The notes under the pieces are model-generated. The model did no database searches. It was not told where the DNA came from and saw nothing but the letters and a program-made list of their open reading frames with translations. From contig OZ244651.1 of assembly GCA_965218695.1 (NCBI GenBank), positions 896,001 through 960,000 on the forward strand: a DNA stretch of 64,000 nt, written 5' to 3'. The position numbers and the translations under genes are program-made. This DNA comes from Nitrosopumilus sp. Its GTDB lineage: Archaea > Thermoproteota > Nitrososphaeria > Nitrososphaerales > Nitrosopumilaceae. Each line of letters opens with the position of its first letter. Positions within the stretch are counted from its first letter, which is position 1. This document shows, one piece after another, positions 11,878 through 23,309 of this stretch.

Positions 11878-13506
11878 AGACATAACCCCACAACCATCCG
11901 CCGTCGTCGCGTCGGTACAGGTATTCTTCGAATTCTTGGGATTGTGGCATTTTTCACATACCGCCAGCTTCAAATATTAGAAGCCATGCGTAATCCCTCC
12001 ATTTCGTTGGGTTAAACCAGAAAAACCCAGAAAATATTAAAAATTCTGATTTAATTCTCGCCATGTTAGCCATGTGGGGATCCTGTCCTGCCAGAAATAC
12101 AAAATAACGTGCGCAACCTTGCAGCACCACGATGTGCACGGAATTAATTGTTTGAAACGGCGCTGCCGGGGACGTTTGCCTCTTCCCAGTTTATTACCGG
12201 CCCCAGCGTGCTACCTGAAGGAGGTCCTTTCTTCATCTGGTTCCACACGAGGTCCAGGTTTACAAGCCCGGTTATTATGTTAAATTCCCTGTTAAAGTCG
12301 CCAATCTTTCCCTTGTATGGCGCGGTAAGCCGGCCGTACCGCTTCAGCCTGCCAATGGAGTGCTCTACCTTTACCCGGGCGGAATTGATTTTGTGGTTGT
12401 GTTCTTTTTCCTCCTTTGTAAAGCGCTTGTGGTTCTTGGTCTTCTTGTGCGGCTGCAGGGTGTTTGTACCGGGCATATCCTTTGCGATTCCCTTGTAACC
12501 GCGGTCAGTAAGGGTGTGGATCCTGTCCTCTTCGGGGGTGTTCTCGTCGCACATGCGGTCCCACCATTTTCCAAATGGCAGCGGGCTCTCCCTGAGCAGC
12601 GTGATGTCGTGGACGGATCCCACGGTGCTGCCGGATATGGCGACTATCACCCCGTTTTCATTTATGCAGACTGTGGTGTTGAGCGTGAATTTCTTCTTCT
12701 TGCCCGAATACATCATGCTCCTCATCTGTTTTTCGTCCGGCCTCTGTATGGGGCAGTGCGTGCCGTCGATCATCATGATGCCCCCGTCAGGTCCGGAAAT
12801 TATTTTTTTGAGATCCTCTTTTGTCTCCGTGTCTGCCATCTCCTTTGAGATGTTGGCAGCAGTGGGCAGCGCCACGTCAAGCACCTCGTCTAGTACATCG
12901 ATATACCGGGACACGGTTGCCTGGTCTATTCCAAAGAATGCCGCAAGCACGCCCTGCGTGGGATTGCCCTTTTTGTACATCAGTGACATGAGCAACGCGT
13001 GCCTTGGGTACAGCTTGCAGCGGTTCCCGGGATCCGATGCCCTCGTCTCGTCATTCCTGAAGAGTGGGGATTTGCCGCTTTGCCTTATCCACGCCTCGGC
13101 CCTGTCAAGTATGTATTGGAACTGTTCCCTGCACTTCAGCGTCGCGTCATGAAGCTTCTTCCCGACTCTGATGATGTCGTCAAGCACCTCCACGCGGTGC
13201 AACAGGGCGGGCTCTCCTGCGGCTCTAGATTCGGAACCGTCCCGTGTGCGCCACAGGCTTTGCTCGTGCCTGGCAGCTGCGTCCTGGCGCTTGATGTCAG
13301 CGTCCTGGCGCTTGATGTCAGCGTCCTGGCGCTTGATCATGTCTCTGAGAGCCTTATTCTCTTTTTGCAGGTCGCTTGTTTTCTGATTCGACAACAGTAT
13401 GAACCGGCATATTTTGGTTTTAATTGAATGGATCATAAATTTTTGACAGCAGGGCTAACATGTCAACGCGGAGTTTGAAAAAATTCTGGATTACGCATAT
13501 TTTCTA
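11878..13506 (-). mobile_element. IS5/ISL2-like (DDE_Tnp_4) element, transposase 12144..13436; left end lost
   Basis: End AGACATAACCCCACAA at 11878; IDGTHCP, YSGKKK, HDI, TDRGYKG, RVKVEHSI. Confidence 0.85.
13279..13337 (-). repeat. 21-bp tandem repeat x~3 encoding IKRQDAD heptads
   Basis: GCGTCCTGGCGCTTGATGTCA repeated. Confidence 0.9.
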
Positions 13507-15773
13507 TTCTGGCAAGAAGAAGAAATTCACGCTCAACACCACCGTGTGCATAAACGAAAACGGGGTGATAGTCGCCATATCCGGCAGCACCGTGGGATCC
13601 GTCCACGACATCACGCTGCTCAGGGAGAGCCCGCTGCCATTTGGAAAATGGTGGGACCGCATGTGCGACGAGAACACCCCCGAAGAGGACAGGGTCCACA
13701 CCCTTACTGACCGCGGCTACAAGGGAATTGCAAAGGATCTGCCCGGCACAAACACCCTGCAGCCGCACAAGAAGACCAAGAACCACAAGCGCTTTACAAA
13801 GGAGGAAAAAGAGCACAACCATAAAATCAACTCCGCCCGGGTAAAGGTGGAGCACTCCATCGGCAGGCTGAAGCGGTACGGCCGGCTTACCGCGCCATAC
13901 AAAGGAAAGATTGGCGACTTTAACAGGGAATTTAACATAATAGCCGGGCTTGTAAACCTGGACCTCGTGTGGAACTACCTGGAGAAGGGACCGCCTCCTT
14001 CAGGCGGCAATCTGGGGCCGGTGATAAACTGGGAACAGGCAAACGCCCCCGGCAGCGCCGTCTCAAACAATTGTAAGTGTTCACGTCGTGCCTAATTCAG
14101 TTCACTCTTGGGTAAATTTTGTGCAAACCACAGATCCAAATAGGATGGTAATCCAAACCCGATGTGAAAAGCCAGGCTGAACTCAAAAAGATGTACACGG
14201 ATCTCAAGACTGAGAACATCAAGCTCAAGCAGACGATTGAGATGCAAGGGCAGATAATTGAGGAATTGAATCTGGCAGTTGCTGATCTTAAGCGCAGGCT
14301 GGTGCGGCATGACAATTACAACACCCCGTCATCACAAAAAAGGGGGCCCGGATGGCCTGACACAAAGGGAAAAGGCGACGAAAAGAATGCCTACAATAAA
14401 TCCACAAAAGCCTCCCGGGATCAAAAGGACCGCGTGGATGCGGCCGGCAGCGGGAAGTCGCGCGGGGGGCAAAAAGGCCACATGGGCCGCACCCGCAAGC
14501 CAAAACCCACCGAGTTTGAGGAACACACCCCGGAGGCCTGCCCCGAATGCGGCTCGGGTAGCCTTTCCATAGTGCAGTCAGAAAAACGCGACATTACCAA
14601 GGTGGAGCGCACGATAAAGGTCATCACCACGCGCCACACCATAAACACGTGTCGCTGCTCCTGCGGTCTGGTGGACATCAAGCCCGAGACCGGCCTTCCA
14701 GACAAGGGCAGCTACGATCCGAGCATAACGACTGATGTTGCAGACGATTACGTGTGTCGCATGCCGTTTAGGATGATCGCAGACCGCATGTCGCGGTACG
14801 GAATTACACTCTCCTCGGGCACGGCGCACAACATAATGCGCAGGCTGGGAACGTCGCTGGGCGCCCCTGCGGCAGCCATTGCCGCCATGATACGCAAGGC
14901 CAAGATACTGCACGCCGACGAGACATCGATTCACCTAAACGGCCGCAACGTCTGGGTGTGGATACTGCACGATCCGCTGACCGGGCACGCGCTGTACGTG
15001 ATACGGGACAGCCGGGGGGCAAAGGTTCTGAAAGAAGCGCTTGGGGGTTGGGACGGCACGTTAGTGTGCGACGGCTGGACGGCGTACGGAAAATACCGCG
15101 TCCAGCGCTGCTGGTCGCACATAATACGCGAGGCCAGGGACATCTGCAACCGCAATCCGGACTGCCCAGGCGCGCGCAACGTCCTGAAGCACCTGCGCAT
15201 AATCTATGATTATGCCAGAAGGGCAAGCAGGAAACGCTCGCGCTCTCTCCGGGACAACGCGTCTGCCATGCTGACGTCATGCATCGAAAAGATCGTTGCA
15301 AGGTACGCCGACGATCCAATATTGGAAAAATTCATGGTCAAGATCAGCAATGCTGGCAGCGACCTGTTCCGGTTCGTGCTGAACCCAAAGATCCCGCCTA
15401 CAAACAATGCTGCAGAACGCGGGTTGCGCGAGATAGTCGTGCACAGAAAAATACGGGGCAGCATAAGGGCAGAGGAGACGATGACGTGGATGGCGAATTT
15501 CTTTTCATGTGTAATGACATGGAAAAACAAGAAATTGGATTACTTGGCGGAGATTGCAAAATACGCCTAAAAATGAGTTAAACCACGTGAACACTTACAA
15601 ACAATTAATCCCGTGCACATCGTGGTGCTGCAAGGCTGCGCACGTTATTTCGTATTTCGGGCAGGACAGGATCCCCACATGGCTAACATGGCGAGAATTA
15701 AATCAGAATTTTTAATATTTTCCGGAATTTTCCGGTTTAATCCAGCGAAATGGAAGGATTACGCATAGCTTCT
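13507..15773 (+). pseudogene. Inverted, slightly diverged partial second copy of the 12144..13436 element (C-terminal half plus downstream flank), interrupted by IS66 copy B
   Basis: 13507-14072 and 15607-15773 mirror ~12713-11978. Confidence 0.85.
14073..15598 (+). mobile_element. IS66 1526-bp element, copy B
   Basis: Same transposase as copy A; TSD AAACAATT. Confidence 0.96.
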
Positions 15774-16643
15774 ACTGGATCATGATCCAGTTGACCTTCC
15801 GGTTCGAATCTTTTTTCATCCTGCCGTGGTATGACGTGTCGCCTGACTGGTGCAGCGTCGGGCACATGCCCGCCCAGGATACGAACTTTTTCGGGTTCCC
15901 AAACCTACCGATGATGTCGATCTCCGCTGCCAGCAGCGCTGCAGAAAACATGTTCATTCCCGTCATACTCAGCAGCAGCTTCGGGGCGTGGGCGTCACGG
16001 ACGTAGCGCTTGATCTCGGCCTCGGTTCTTTTGATCTCGTCGTTGTAGTGCCGTATCTGTGATATGCAGCCGTCCAGCACGAACCTGTCCTGGGAATTCT
16101 TCAGGTCTGCCTCTTCAAGATACCTTAGGGTTTTTCCTCTCCAGACGCTGGTTCCGCCATTCTTTGGATTTATGTCGTATTTGTCCGTCAGCGTGTGCAC
16201 AAAGTTGATTACTTTTGTCCGGTCCTGCACCAGGGCCATCTGATACCTAAGGATCTGTTTCATTCCCCGGGATTCGGCCGAACCTATGTGGCAACTCGGA
16301 ATCAGGTCGGCTCGCAGCAGGTGGGCAAGCGTTCTTGCATCTATGATGTCATTCTTTATGCTGGCCCATGCGATTGCCTTGACCTTGAACGGATTAGCAA
16401 GCGTCAGCGGGACTCCAGCGGACTCAAAGGCATCGGCAGTCTTTATCCAGTGGTTTCCGGTGGATTCGCAGACTGCCCTGCACTGGCCGTATGTAGCCTT
16501 TACGTATGCTGCAAACTCTAATGCCTCTCGGGATGTGTTGTTGTACGACGACTCTTCCAGAATCGTTCCTTCATGTTTCATTACGCACGTTACACATTTT
16601 CTCTTTCCTATGTTGATTCCAATACTCTTTTCTATTTCTTTCA
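15772..16643 (-). pseudogene. IS110-family recombinase, degenerate and C-terminally truncated
   Basis: RuvC-like DEDD segments GINIGK (first D->N), CESTG, KNDIIDA; Tnp domain 'SWAGMCP..HQSG'; SD-like GGAGGTGA followed by ATA rather than ATG. Confidence 0.88.
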
Positions 16644-16657
16644 CCTCCCTTTTTTTA

Positions 16658-16808
16658 TGTGACAGGCTGGAAGCTGCAGACATCTATCAAGGCTCTAGAC
16701 CCAGTAACACAGCAGCTCGGATAGCCCCATTCACGAACCAGGTCTTTGTGACCATGTGCATTTAGGGGTCAGCCCGCCACATGTGGTGGGTGGGTGGGGT
16801 TATCATGT
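16658..16808 (-). ncRNA. Candidate IS110 bridge RNA (left-end non-coding region)
   Basis: 12-bp closing stem (16770-81 with 16658-69, two G-U) enclosing two stem/internal-loop/stem modules; a loop 10-mer is repeated in the flank at 16809-16818. Confidence 0.65.
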
Positions 16809-16887
16809 ATTCACGAACTTTGGCGCGTTAGTATAGGTGGGCAACGACATGATTTTTGGATGCTGCGATTCTGAAACATTCTGTCAT

Positions 16888-17118
16888 TTAGAATCCAGTG
16901 GATACTCCCGGATAGTAATCAATGCCTGTCGGACTATACATGAACGCTATGTTTAGCACCAACTGCAGTGCCGTAAGACCAAGACCCAGATACAGGCATT
17001 TTTTTGCCTTTTGCGGATCATCACGTCTCAGTACAAAATATGCAATAATTCCTCCAAGCGCCCCGACTAATATTGGCAGCAAAAACCACCAGTTGCTTCG
17101 GGTTCTCTCCTCGTGCAT
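16888..17118 (-). CDS. Small membrane protein (two hydrophobic segments)
   Basis: RSNWWFLLPILVGALGGIIAYFVLRRDDPQKAKKCLYLG; resembles conserved thaumarchaeal hypotheticals as recalled, not searched. Confidence 0.7.
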   Translation of the reverse strand: MHEERTRSNWWFLLPILVGALGGIIAYFVLRRDDPQKAKKCLYLGLGLTALQLVLNIAFMYSPTGIDYYPGVSTGF

Positions 17119-17308
17119 GATGCATGATGGGCATTTTTACTATTATTTCTTCTGTTGGCCTTTTGTTCCCGAATTTGTCCGGCATCCCCTGATCCTGCAA
17201 AAACCCTCTGTTACGTGGCCCTGCATGGCATTGCATAGACTGTTGTTGCACAGTCTGGCGCGGCACGGTATCTGGCAATATGACAGAAATGCCGAATTCC
17301 ATTCCGTG

Positions 17309-19455
17309 GTAAGAGGTCGCCTTTGCGAAGCGATTCCGTGCCTGATCTGTTCCGATTAATTACCAACTGAGCTACGTTTTTGACCATAAATACCCGATTA
17401 ATTGCACGTTATCAACACGGTCCTCAGGCAGGGCGGTTTTCGGATCAAGGCTCTTCCGGTTGGATCTTTTGCGCCGCATTTTCCGGCAGGCGCTGCGTGC
17501 CCAAAAGCTTTATGGATCATGCCTTCCCGTGTTATGGCGTGGTGCCTGTAATCGACTTGGAAAAGATTGACTGGAACTCCGTAACCGACACCAAGTCCCT
17601 CTTCGAATCCGTCTTGGACATGCTCAAATCCAAGGACGAGGAGAGCATGGCACTGAGAAAAGACATCGAGCAGCTGAAGGAGGAGGCAGAGGCCTTCTCA
17701 GGGGAACACGCGATGCTGACGGAGATGGATGCCAGGATCAAACTGCTGGAAGAAGAGAATGTGCAAAAGGACTCCGAGATAGAGAAACTGAGGGCAGAGA
17801 ATGCCGCCCTCCTGCAGGGATGCGACGTCTCGCAGGCAGTCATGGACAGGATAGCCCGCCTGGAGCAGCAGGCATCAGAGCATGCCTCTCAGTTAAGGGA
17901 GGCGCGCGCGGCCAACTCGGCGCTGGCAGCCGAGAATCTGGGCATCAAAAGCCGCCGCTCCCAGAAGCGGCTCCGGGAATCACCCGGGCCTGCGCCGGAC
18001 CCGTTCAGGAAGGTCGTCTGCCTGCGCACCGGCCGTGATCCTCCCCCGATATCCGAAAAAAAGCTAGTCGACATGCCCGCCTGCCCGCACGGCCATGCCC
18101 TCTCGAAGGAGCCCACCGAGGTGACCATCCGGGTAGTCGAGGAGATCATCGACGGGAAGCTGACCGGCATCCAGTATACCGTCGTCCGCAGGTACTGCGG
18201 GGAATGCGGCAGGCAGTTTGCCCCCGAGATCCCAGGGGTCGTCCCAGGGGGGCGGTTCGGCGCCAGCCTGACGTGCCTTGAGACGACGATGAGGATGTAC
18301 AACATTCCCTACGAACCCATCCGCAAGCTGATCAACATAATCTACCACGCAGGCCTTGCCAAGTCGACAGTCATCAGCCACGTGGATGCCGTTACGGGAT
18401 CCCTCCACCCGCTCTACGAGGAGATGCTCGAGGATATATTCTTCTCAGGGCATGTCTTTGGCGACGAGACCAGCTGGAGGGTAGCCGGGATACTGTACTG
18501 GCTGTGGATACTAGTCGGTGACAACTCGACTGTCTTTTACGTGGACAAGAGCCGGGGAGGAGACGTGCTGGAGACCCTGCTTGGAGGGTACGGCGGCCAC
18601 GTCACCTCTGATTCACACGCTGCGTGGAACCGCATCGGCAGGACCCACCAAAAGTGCCACTACCACTACCTCCGCGAGATCCTCCGCACCCTGACCATGA
18701 AGAACCCCGGGCCCGAATTCAAAAAGTTCGCCAAGGCCCTGAAGGGGATAATCACCGATTCCTGGTTCCCGGAGAAGGGACTCGACCCGGACGACGACGA
18801 GGCCACGCGAAACCTCAAGGTGCGCAACCTATTGGCCAGGGTGAGGCGCCTGATCTCCGGCGAGTATACAGACGCCCACTGCAAGCGGTTTGTCAAGCGG
18901 CTGCGGCGCGAGATCACCCACCTGTTCCCATTCATCCGCCTCAACACAAAGTGCCATAACAACGATGCCGAGCGCCCCCTGCGGCCCAGCGTCGCATCCC
19001 GGAAGGTCTCAGGCGGCAGCAAGAGCCTTGCCGGCGCATACAACCACGCCGTCCTGGCCACCGTCCGCGAGACGTGCAGGAGGCGCGGAGTCAACCCGCA
19101 TGACTTTTTGGTTGACTATATGCACGGTCTTGTCGAAAAAATTCCGACAGGAGCAGCAGCAACTGCATAAATCCTGCAAAATCCACTCCCTGACTGTTCC
19201 ATGCAGACCCGTCGCGCCGGCAGCCTGGCATAACCTCGCCTGATCCCGGCACAATTCACCGCCCGGCCGCTTCAAAAAAGGCCACTTCGCAAACCCGATC
19301 ACCGGATCGGCCAAAACGTAGCTCAGTCTGACCCTCCCGGAAAAAACCTGAAATAATGCCAATTAAATGGGCATTTACGGCCGAAAACGTAGCTCAGTTG
19401 GTAATTAATCGGGGCAGATCAGGCACGGAATCGCTTCGCAAAGGCGACCTCTTAC
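17309..19455 (+). mobile_element. IS66 long-TIR element, copy 2 (2147 bp; transposase to 19170)
   Basis: ~100-bp imperfect TIRs beginning GTAAGAGGTCGCC; 8-bp TSD ATTCCGTG (17301-08, 19456-63). Confidence 0.95.
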
Positions 19456-19667
19456 ATTCCGTGTCGTATTACACCACACTCTTGCAGAATGAATTTTCCG
19501 GAGCCTTCTTGGAATTGCTGTCTCGGTTTTGACAGAACCCGTATGTGCCCCGCATGATCTGTCGTACTGACGCAGGCAGTCGTGGCCGTGGCCGTTCCCC
19601 ATGCACCTGCAACAACGCAGGTATCGGTCTGCCGGCATTACAGGCTGCCGCGCACCGCATGCAGTCC

Positions 19668-20402
19668 CTAAACGCCCGAGGGGGAGGAGGAGGGGGCGTT
19701 GTTGTCCTGGATGATGCCCCTCACATCAATACTTTTCCTGAAGGTCTCATATATGGCATCATCATCATCGTCGTCGTCGGCCATGTCCTCTGTGAACGGA
19801 ACCGAGCCCAGAACCCGTATTCCGGTCAGGGCTTCAAGATCCCTTGACAGATCCGATGCCGGATACCCGCCGGCAAAATCATTAATGATTATCCCCTTGA
19901 CGCTGACCCCGTATCTCTGGCATGCCATGCATGTCATGACCGTGTGGTTTATGGTTCCGACCTTGCTGCCTGCAACCACCACCGCAGGTATGCCCATCTC
20001 TGCAATCAGGTTCGCAACAAAATATTCCTCCAGTATGGGAGTCATTACCCCGCCAATCCCCTCCACAACAACCGTGTCGTGAATCTTGGCCAGTCTTTTG
20101 TAGCTGCTTGTGACGGCCCCTACATCCGGATTCATCCCCAGATTCGTCCGGGCAGTATACGGGGATGCCTGGATTGGGAAGAACTGCGGGTTTATCAGGG
20201 ATTCCGGGTCGTCAGACCGCGCGGCCCGGCGAAGAATGTCTGCATCCTGTGACTTGAATCCTGACTTTTGGGCGTCCCCTGCGGCAAACGGCTTCATCAC
20301 GCCCACGTCTATCCCCATCATCCTGAGGGTGATGGCAATGCCTGCTGCAACATGCGTCTTGCCCACCCCGGTGTCTGTTCCCGTGACAAAAAGCGAATCC
20401 AC
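19668..20402 (-). CDS. bioD: Dethiobiotin synthase
   Basis: FVTGTDTGVGKT, VVEGIGG, GTINHT. Confidence 0.96.
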   Translation of the reverse strand: MDSLFVTGTDTGVGKTHVAAGIAITLRMMGIDVGVMKPFAAGDAQKSGFKSQDADILRRAARSDDPESLINPQFFPIQASPYTARTNLGMNPDVGAVTSSYKRLAKIHDTVVVEGIGGVMTPILEEYFVANLIAEMGIPAVVVAGSKVGTINHTVMTCMACQRYGVSVKGIIINDFAGGYPASDLSRDLEALTGIRVLGSVPFTEDMADDDDDDDAIYETFRKSIDVRGIIQDNNAPSSSPSGV

Positions 20403-20576
20403 GATGTTTCCTGTTGGGGTGATCCGTTAAAATCCTACTGATTACTATCCTGATGGCCATCCCGCCCGTGCTCGGGCCTCATTGAAAAGCCAGGAATGGT
20501 CGCATCTGCTATTCCCTGGGGGTGTGTTTGTGAGGCCAATTATCATTATTAGGAGGAATGCCCCCACCAATACTGT

Positions 20577-21893
20577 TTGAATGACACTAGCTTTGTCTGG
20601 CATCCGAACACACAGATGAGCGAGTGGGAGTCCTTTGACAGGATTACCAGTGCAAAGGGTGTCTGGCTTGTCGACTCCCACAGGAGACGCATGATAGATG
20701 CCGTGGCCTCCATGTGGTGCAACGTATGGGGCCACTCGGACGCAGAACTTGTCCGCACCATCGTCTCACAGACTAAAAAGATGCAGCACACCCCCCTGTT
20801 CAATCTGACCCACGGGCCCGCAGAAGACCTGGCAGCCGGCCTCATAGACATCTCGCCTGGAATGCACAGGGTGTTTTACTCGGATAACGGCTCTGCGGCA
20901 ATGGAGGTTGCCATAAAGATGGCGCTGCAGTACTGGAATAATGCCGGGGAGAAAAGGACCAGAATCGCCACGCTCCGAAACGGATACCACGGGGACACGT
21001 TTGGCGCAATGTCCGTCGGATACGTTCCGGAATTCTTTGGCAGGTTCAAGCGACAGTTGTTCTCGGCCACGCGCCTGCCTGTCCCTGACGGGTACCGCAC
21101 CCCCAAGGGACTCACTCCTTCTGAGGATCAGAGCCGCTGCCTGGGCATGATAGAGTCCGTATTGTCCCGGGACGACACTGCCGCATTTGTAATGGAGAGC
21201 GGCGCGCAGGTTGCAGGAGGCGTAAGAATCTATCCTGAGGGATTTCAAAGGGAGATAGGCAGGATGTGCCAGAAGCATGGCGTGCTGCTGGTCCTGGATG
21301 AGATTGCCACCGGGTTTGGCAGGCTTGGCTCGATGGTCCAGTACGCTGAACAGGGATGCACCCCTGACATTGTGGCATACGGCAAGATGCTGACCGGGGG
21401 ATACCTTACCATGGCAGCCACGCTTGCAAACAGCAGGGTCTATGACTCTTTTCTTGGGGAGTTTGGCGATGCACGGCACATGTTCCACGGCCACACGTAC
21501 ACGGGCAACCCGATAGCAGCTGCCGTTGCAGACAGGAACCTCAAGATGTACCGCAAAAGACGCCTGATTGAGCGGATCCAAAAGACATCCAAAATATTCA
21601 AAGAGTACCGACAAGACCTTCTGGCACACGAGATGGTGGGGGACGTAAGGCACAAGGGAATGCTGATGGGAATAGAACTGGTATCAGACAAGAAGAAGAA
21701 AACCCCAATAACCTCCAAGACGTCCCTCAACAAGATACTGTTCGAGGAGGGAAGAAGGCATGGAATCTACCTGAGATCCCTTGGCAACATCCTTCTGCTG
21801 GTGCCGCCACTGGCAATCTCCGAGTCCGAGCTGCACACTCTTCTTGAGAGGGCGCTGCGAACCATCCATACGGCCTCTGCCAGGATCCTCTGA
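20577..21893 (+). CDS. bioA: Adenosylmethionine-8-amino-7-oxononanoate aminotransferase
   Basis: WHPNTQM, SDNGS, YHGDT, DEIATGFGR, GKMLTGG, HGHTYTGNP; bio context. Confidence 0.96.
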   Translation: MNDTSFVWHPNTQMSEWESFDRITSAKGVWLVDSHRRRMIDAVASMWCNVWGHSDAELVRTIVSQTKKMQHTPLFNLTHGPAEDLAAGLIDISPGMHRVFYSDNGSAAMEVAIKMALQYWNNAGEKRTRIATLRNGYHGDTFGAMSVGYVPEFFGRFKRQLFSATRLPVPDGYRTPKGLTPSEDQSRCLGMIESVLSRDDTAAFVMESGAQVAGGVRIYPEGFQREIGRMCQKHGVLLVLDEIATGFGRLGSMVQYAEQGCTPDIVAYGKMLTGGYLTMAATLANSRVYDSFLGEFGDARHMFHGHTYTGNPIAAAVADRNLKMYRKRRLIERIQKTSKIFKEYRQDLLAHEMVGDVRHKGMLMGIELVSDKKKKTPITSKTSLNKILFEEGRRHGIYLRSLGNILLLVPPLAISESELHTLLERALRTIHTASARIL

Positions 21894-21894
21894 C

Positions 21895-21925
21895 GGTTAA
21901 CCGGAATACCACAGACCGGTTAACC
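21895..21925. terminator. Perfect 10-bp hairpin between convergent bioA and tnpB
   Basis: GGTTAACCGG-N11-CCGGTTAACC. Confidence 0.5.
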
Positions 21926-21943
21926 ATTCCAGGTTCTGTAAAG

Positions 21944-23164
21944 TTACGGTGACCCGCGACTTGACTGATCCGCATCGACTGAAGTATTCGAATCCGGCTT
22001 CCCGGATCTAGCCCTCACCATCGCTTCATCTGCGGACCCGACTGGGCCAAACCACAGCCCACGTGCAAGTATGTTTTTACCTGCATTCTTGTCCCTGTCT
22101 ATGGACACGTGGCAGCGTGTGCACGTTACCATGCGGTGCGCTTCGGGGTTTACTTTTCCCCCACATTCCGCGCACCTTGATGACGTACCTGCCGCCGATA
22201 TTTTCTTGGTCGGAAGGCCGATCCTTCTAGCCTTGTATTCAACCATGAATTGCAAAATATGATATCCCCAACTGTTCAGTTTGGTTCTGGTCTTTTTTGA
22301 CGTCCCGCAACCTTTCTTCCACTTGCCTTTCATGTCCGTCAGGTCTTCCATGACGATTCCCCGGTTCCTTGAGACGATCTCGTTTGCTGCCGCGTGCATG
22401 ATGGGCGTGGTCCTGTCTTTTTCTTTCTTGCCGTACTTTGAGGCAATCTTCTTCCTTACACGGTGGTCATTCCGCTTGAAACGACTGACTTTACCCCTGC
22501 ATTTCTCCCTGATATGCCTGACTTTGGCAATGTCCATGACTTTTACGTTGCGTTGGCTGTCATACGTGGTGATGTTGTCCAAATTCAGGTCCATTCCGAG
22601 CCATCCGTCTGGGACTGCTTGCTCGACGGTCTCTGAATATGACACGATCAGCCTGTCCTTGGTAAGCGTGATGCCGCCAAGTTTTCCACCTTGGATCTTC
22701 TCTGACACGTAGGATGCGAGCCTGATTCGGACATGGTTTCCGAGCATCGCGGGAATAACAATGGAACCGTCAGTGATCTTATAGTTCTGGTTGTTTATCT
22801 TGAGCACGTCTTTTCTGACGTACGGCCGCGTGGTTTTTTTGGGCTTCTTGGCAGGGTTGGATTTTCTTGTCTGGGTATTGCCTTTCTTTTTGTCCTTGGC
22901 CTTCCTTGCGGCCTTGCGGAGCGCGGTACGCCATGCTTTTAACAGAGATTTTCCGGTCTTGATTGCCTCCTGCGTGTGGGTGGCATAGTATCCTTTCCGC
23001 CTCATCTCAGGATACGCGAGTTCTTGGAACTTTTTGGTTGACGTGATGTTGTGGAGCATTCCCAATCTTATGGCCTCGTTGGTGTCGTGCCTGAAATTCT
23101 CAAACGTTTCTTTGAGCTCGTCGTGGCGGTCGTGGAACTGCCAGACGCATTCGGTGTGTTTCAC
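21944..23164 (-). CDS. tnpB: TnpB (IS200/IS605, IS1341-type solo) RNA-guided nuclease
   Basis: RuvC GMDLN / VMEDL / DRDKNA, CxxC..CxxC zinc finger; no tnpA adjacent. Confidence 0.92.
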   Translation of the reverse strand: MKHTECVWQFHDRHDELKETFENFRHDTNEAIRLGMLHNITSTKKFQELAYPEMRRKGYYATHTQEAIKTGKSLLKAWRTALRKAARKAKDKKKGNTQTRKSNPAKKPKKTTRPYVRKDVLKINNQNYKITDGSIVIPAMLGNHVRIRLASYVSEKIQGGKLGGITLTKDRLIVSYSETVEQAVPDGWLGMDLNLDNITTYDSQRNVKVMDIAKVRHIREKCRGKVSRFKRNDHRVRKKIASKYGKKEKDRTTPIMHAAANEIVSRNRGIVMEDLTDMKGKWKKGCGTSKKTRTKLNSWGYHILQFMVEYKARRIGLPTKKISAAGTSSRCAECGGKVNPEAHRMVTCTRCHVSIDRDKNAGKNILARGLWFGPVGSADEAMVRARSGKPDSNTSVDADQSSRGSP

Positions 23165-23309
23165 GTATTATGTTGGCCGGCGCGGCTTTTAAGGGCGGCC
23201 GAACACACGATATCCGCATATCCGTGTTAGTGTGCCGGCATGAGTGGGTCACTGTAACTTTAGTTCCCCTTTTCAGTATAATTATAAATGGAAAAGCACC
23301 ACGCACTTC

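Noticed and set aside
1-19455. Composite transposon formed by the two long-TIR IS66 copies carrying the defence genes
   Set aside because: Copy 2 has its own matching TSD on both sides and the copies are diverged, so they are independent insertions
17120-19660. Cys-rich gene interrupted by IS66 copy 2
   Set aside because: Rejoining at the TSD gave no convincing continuous ORF with a start and family motif
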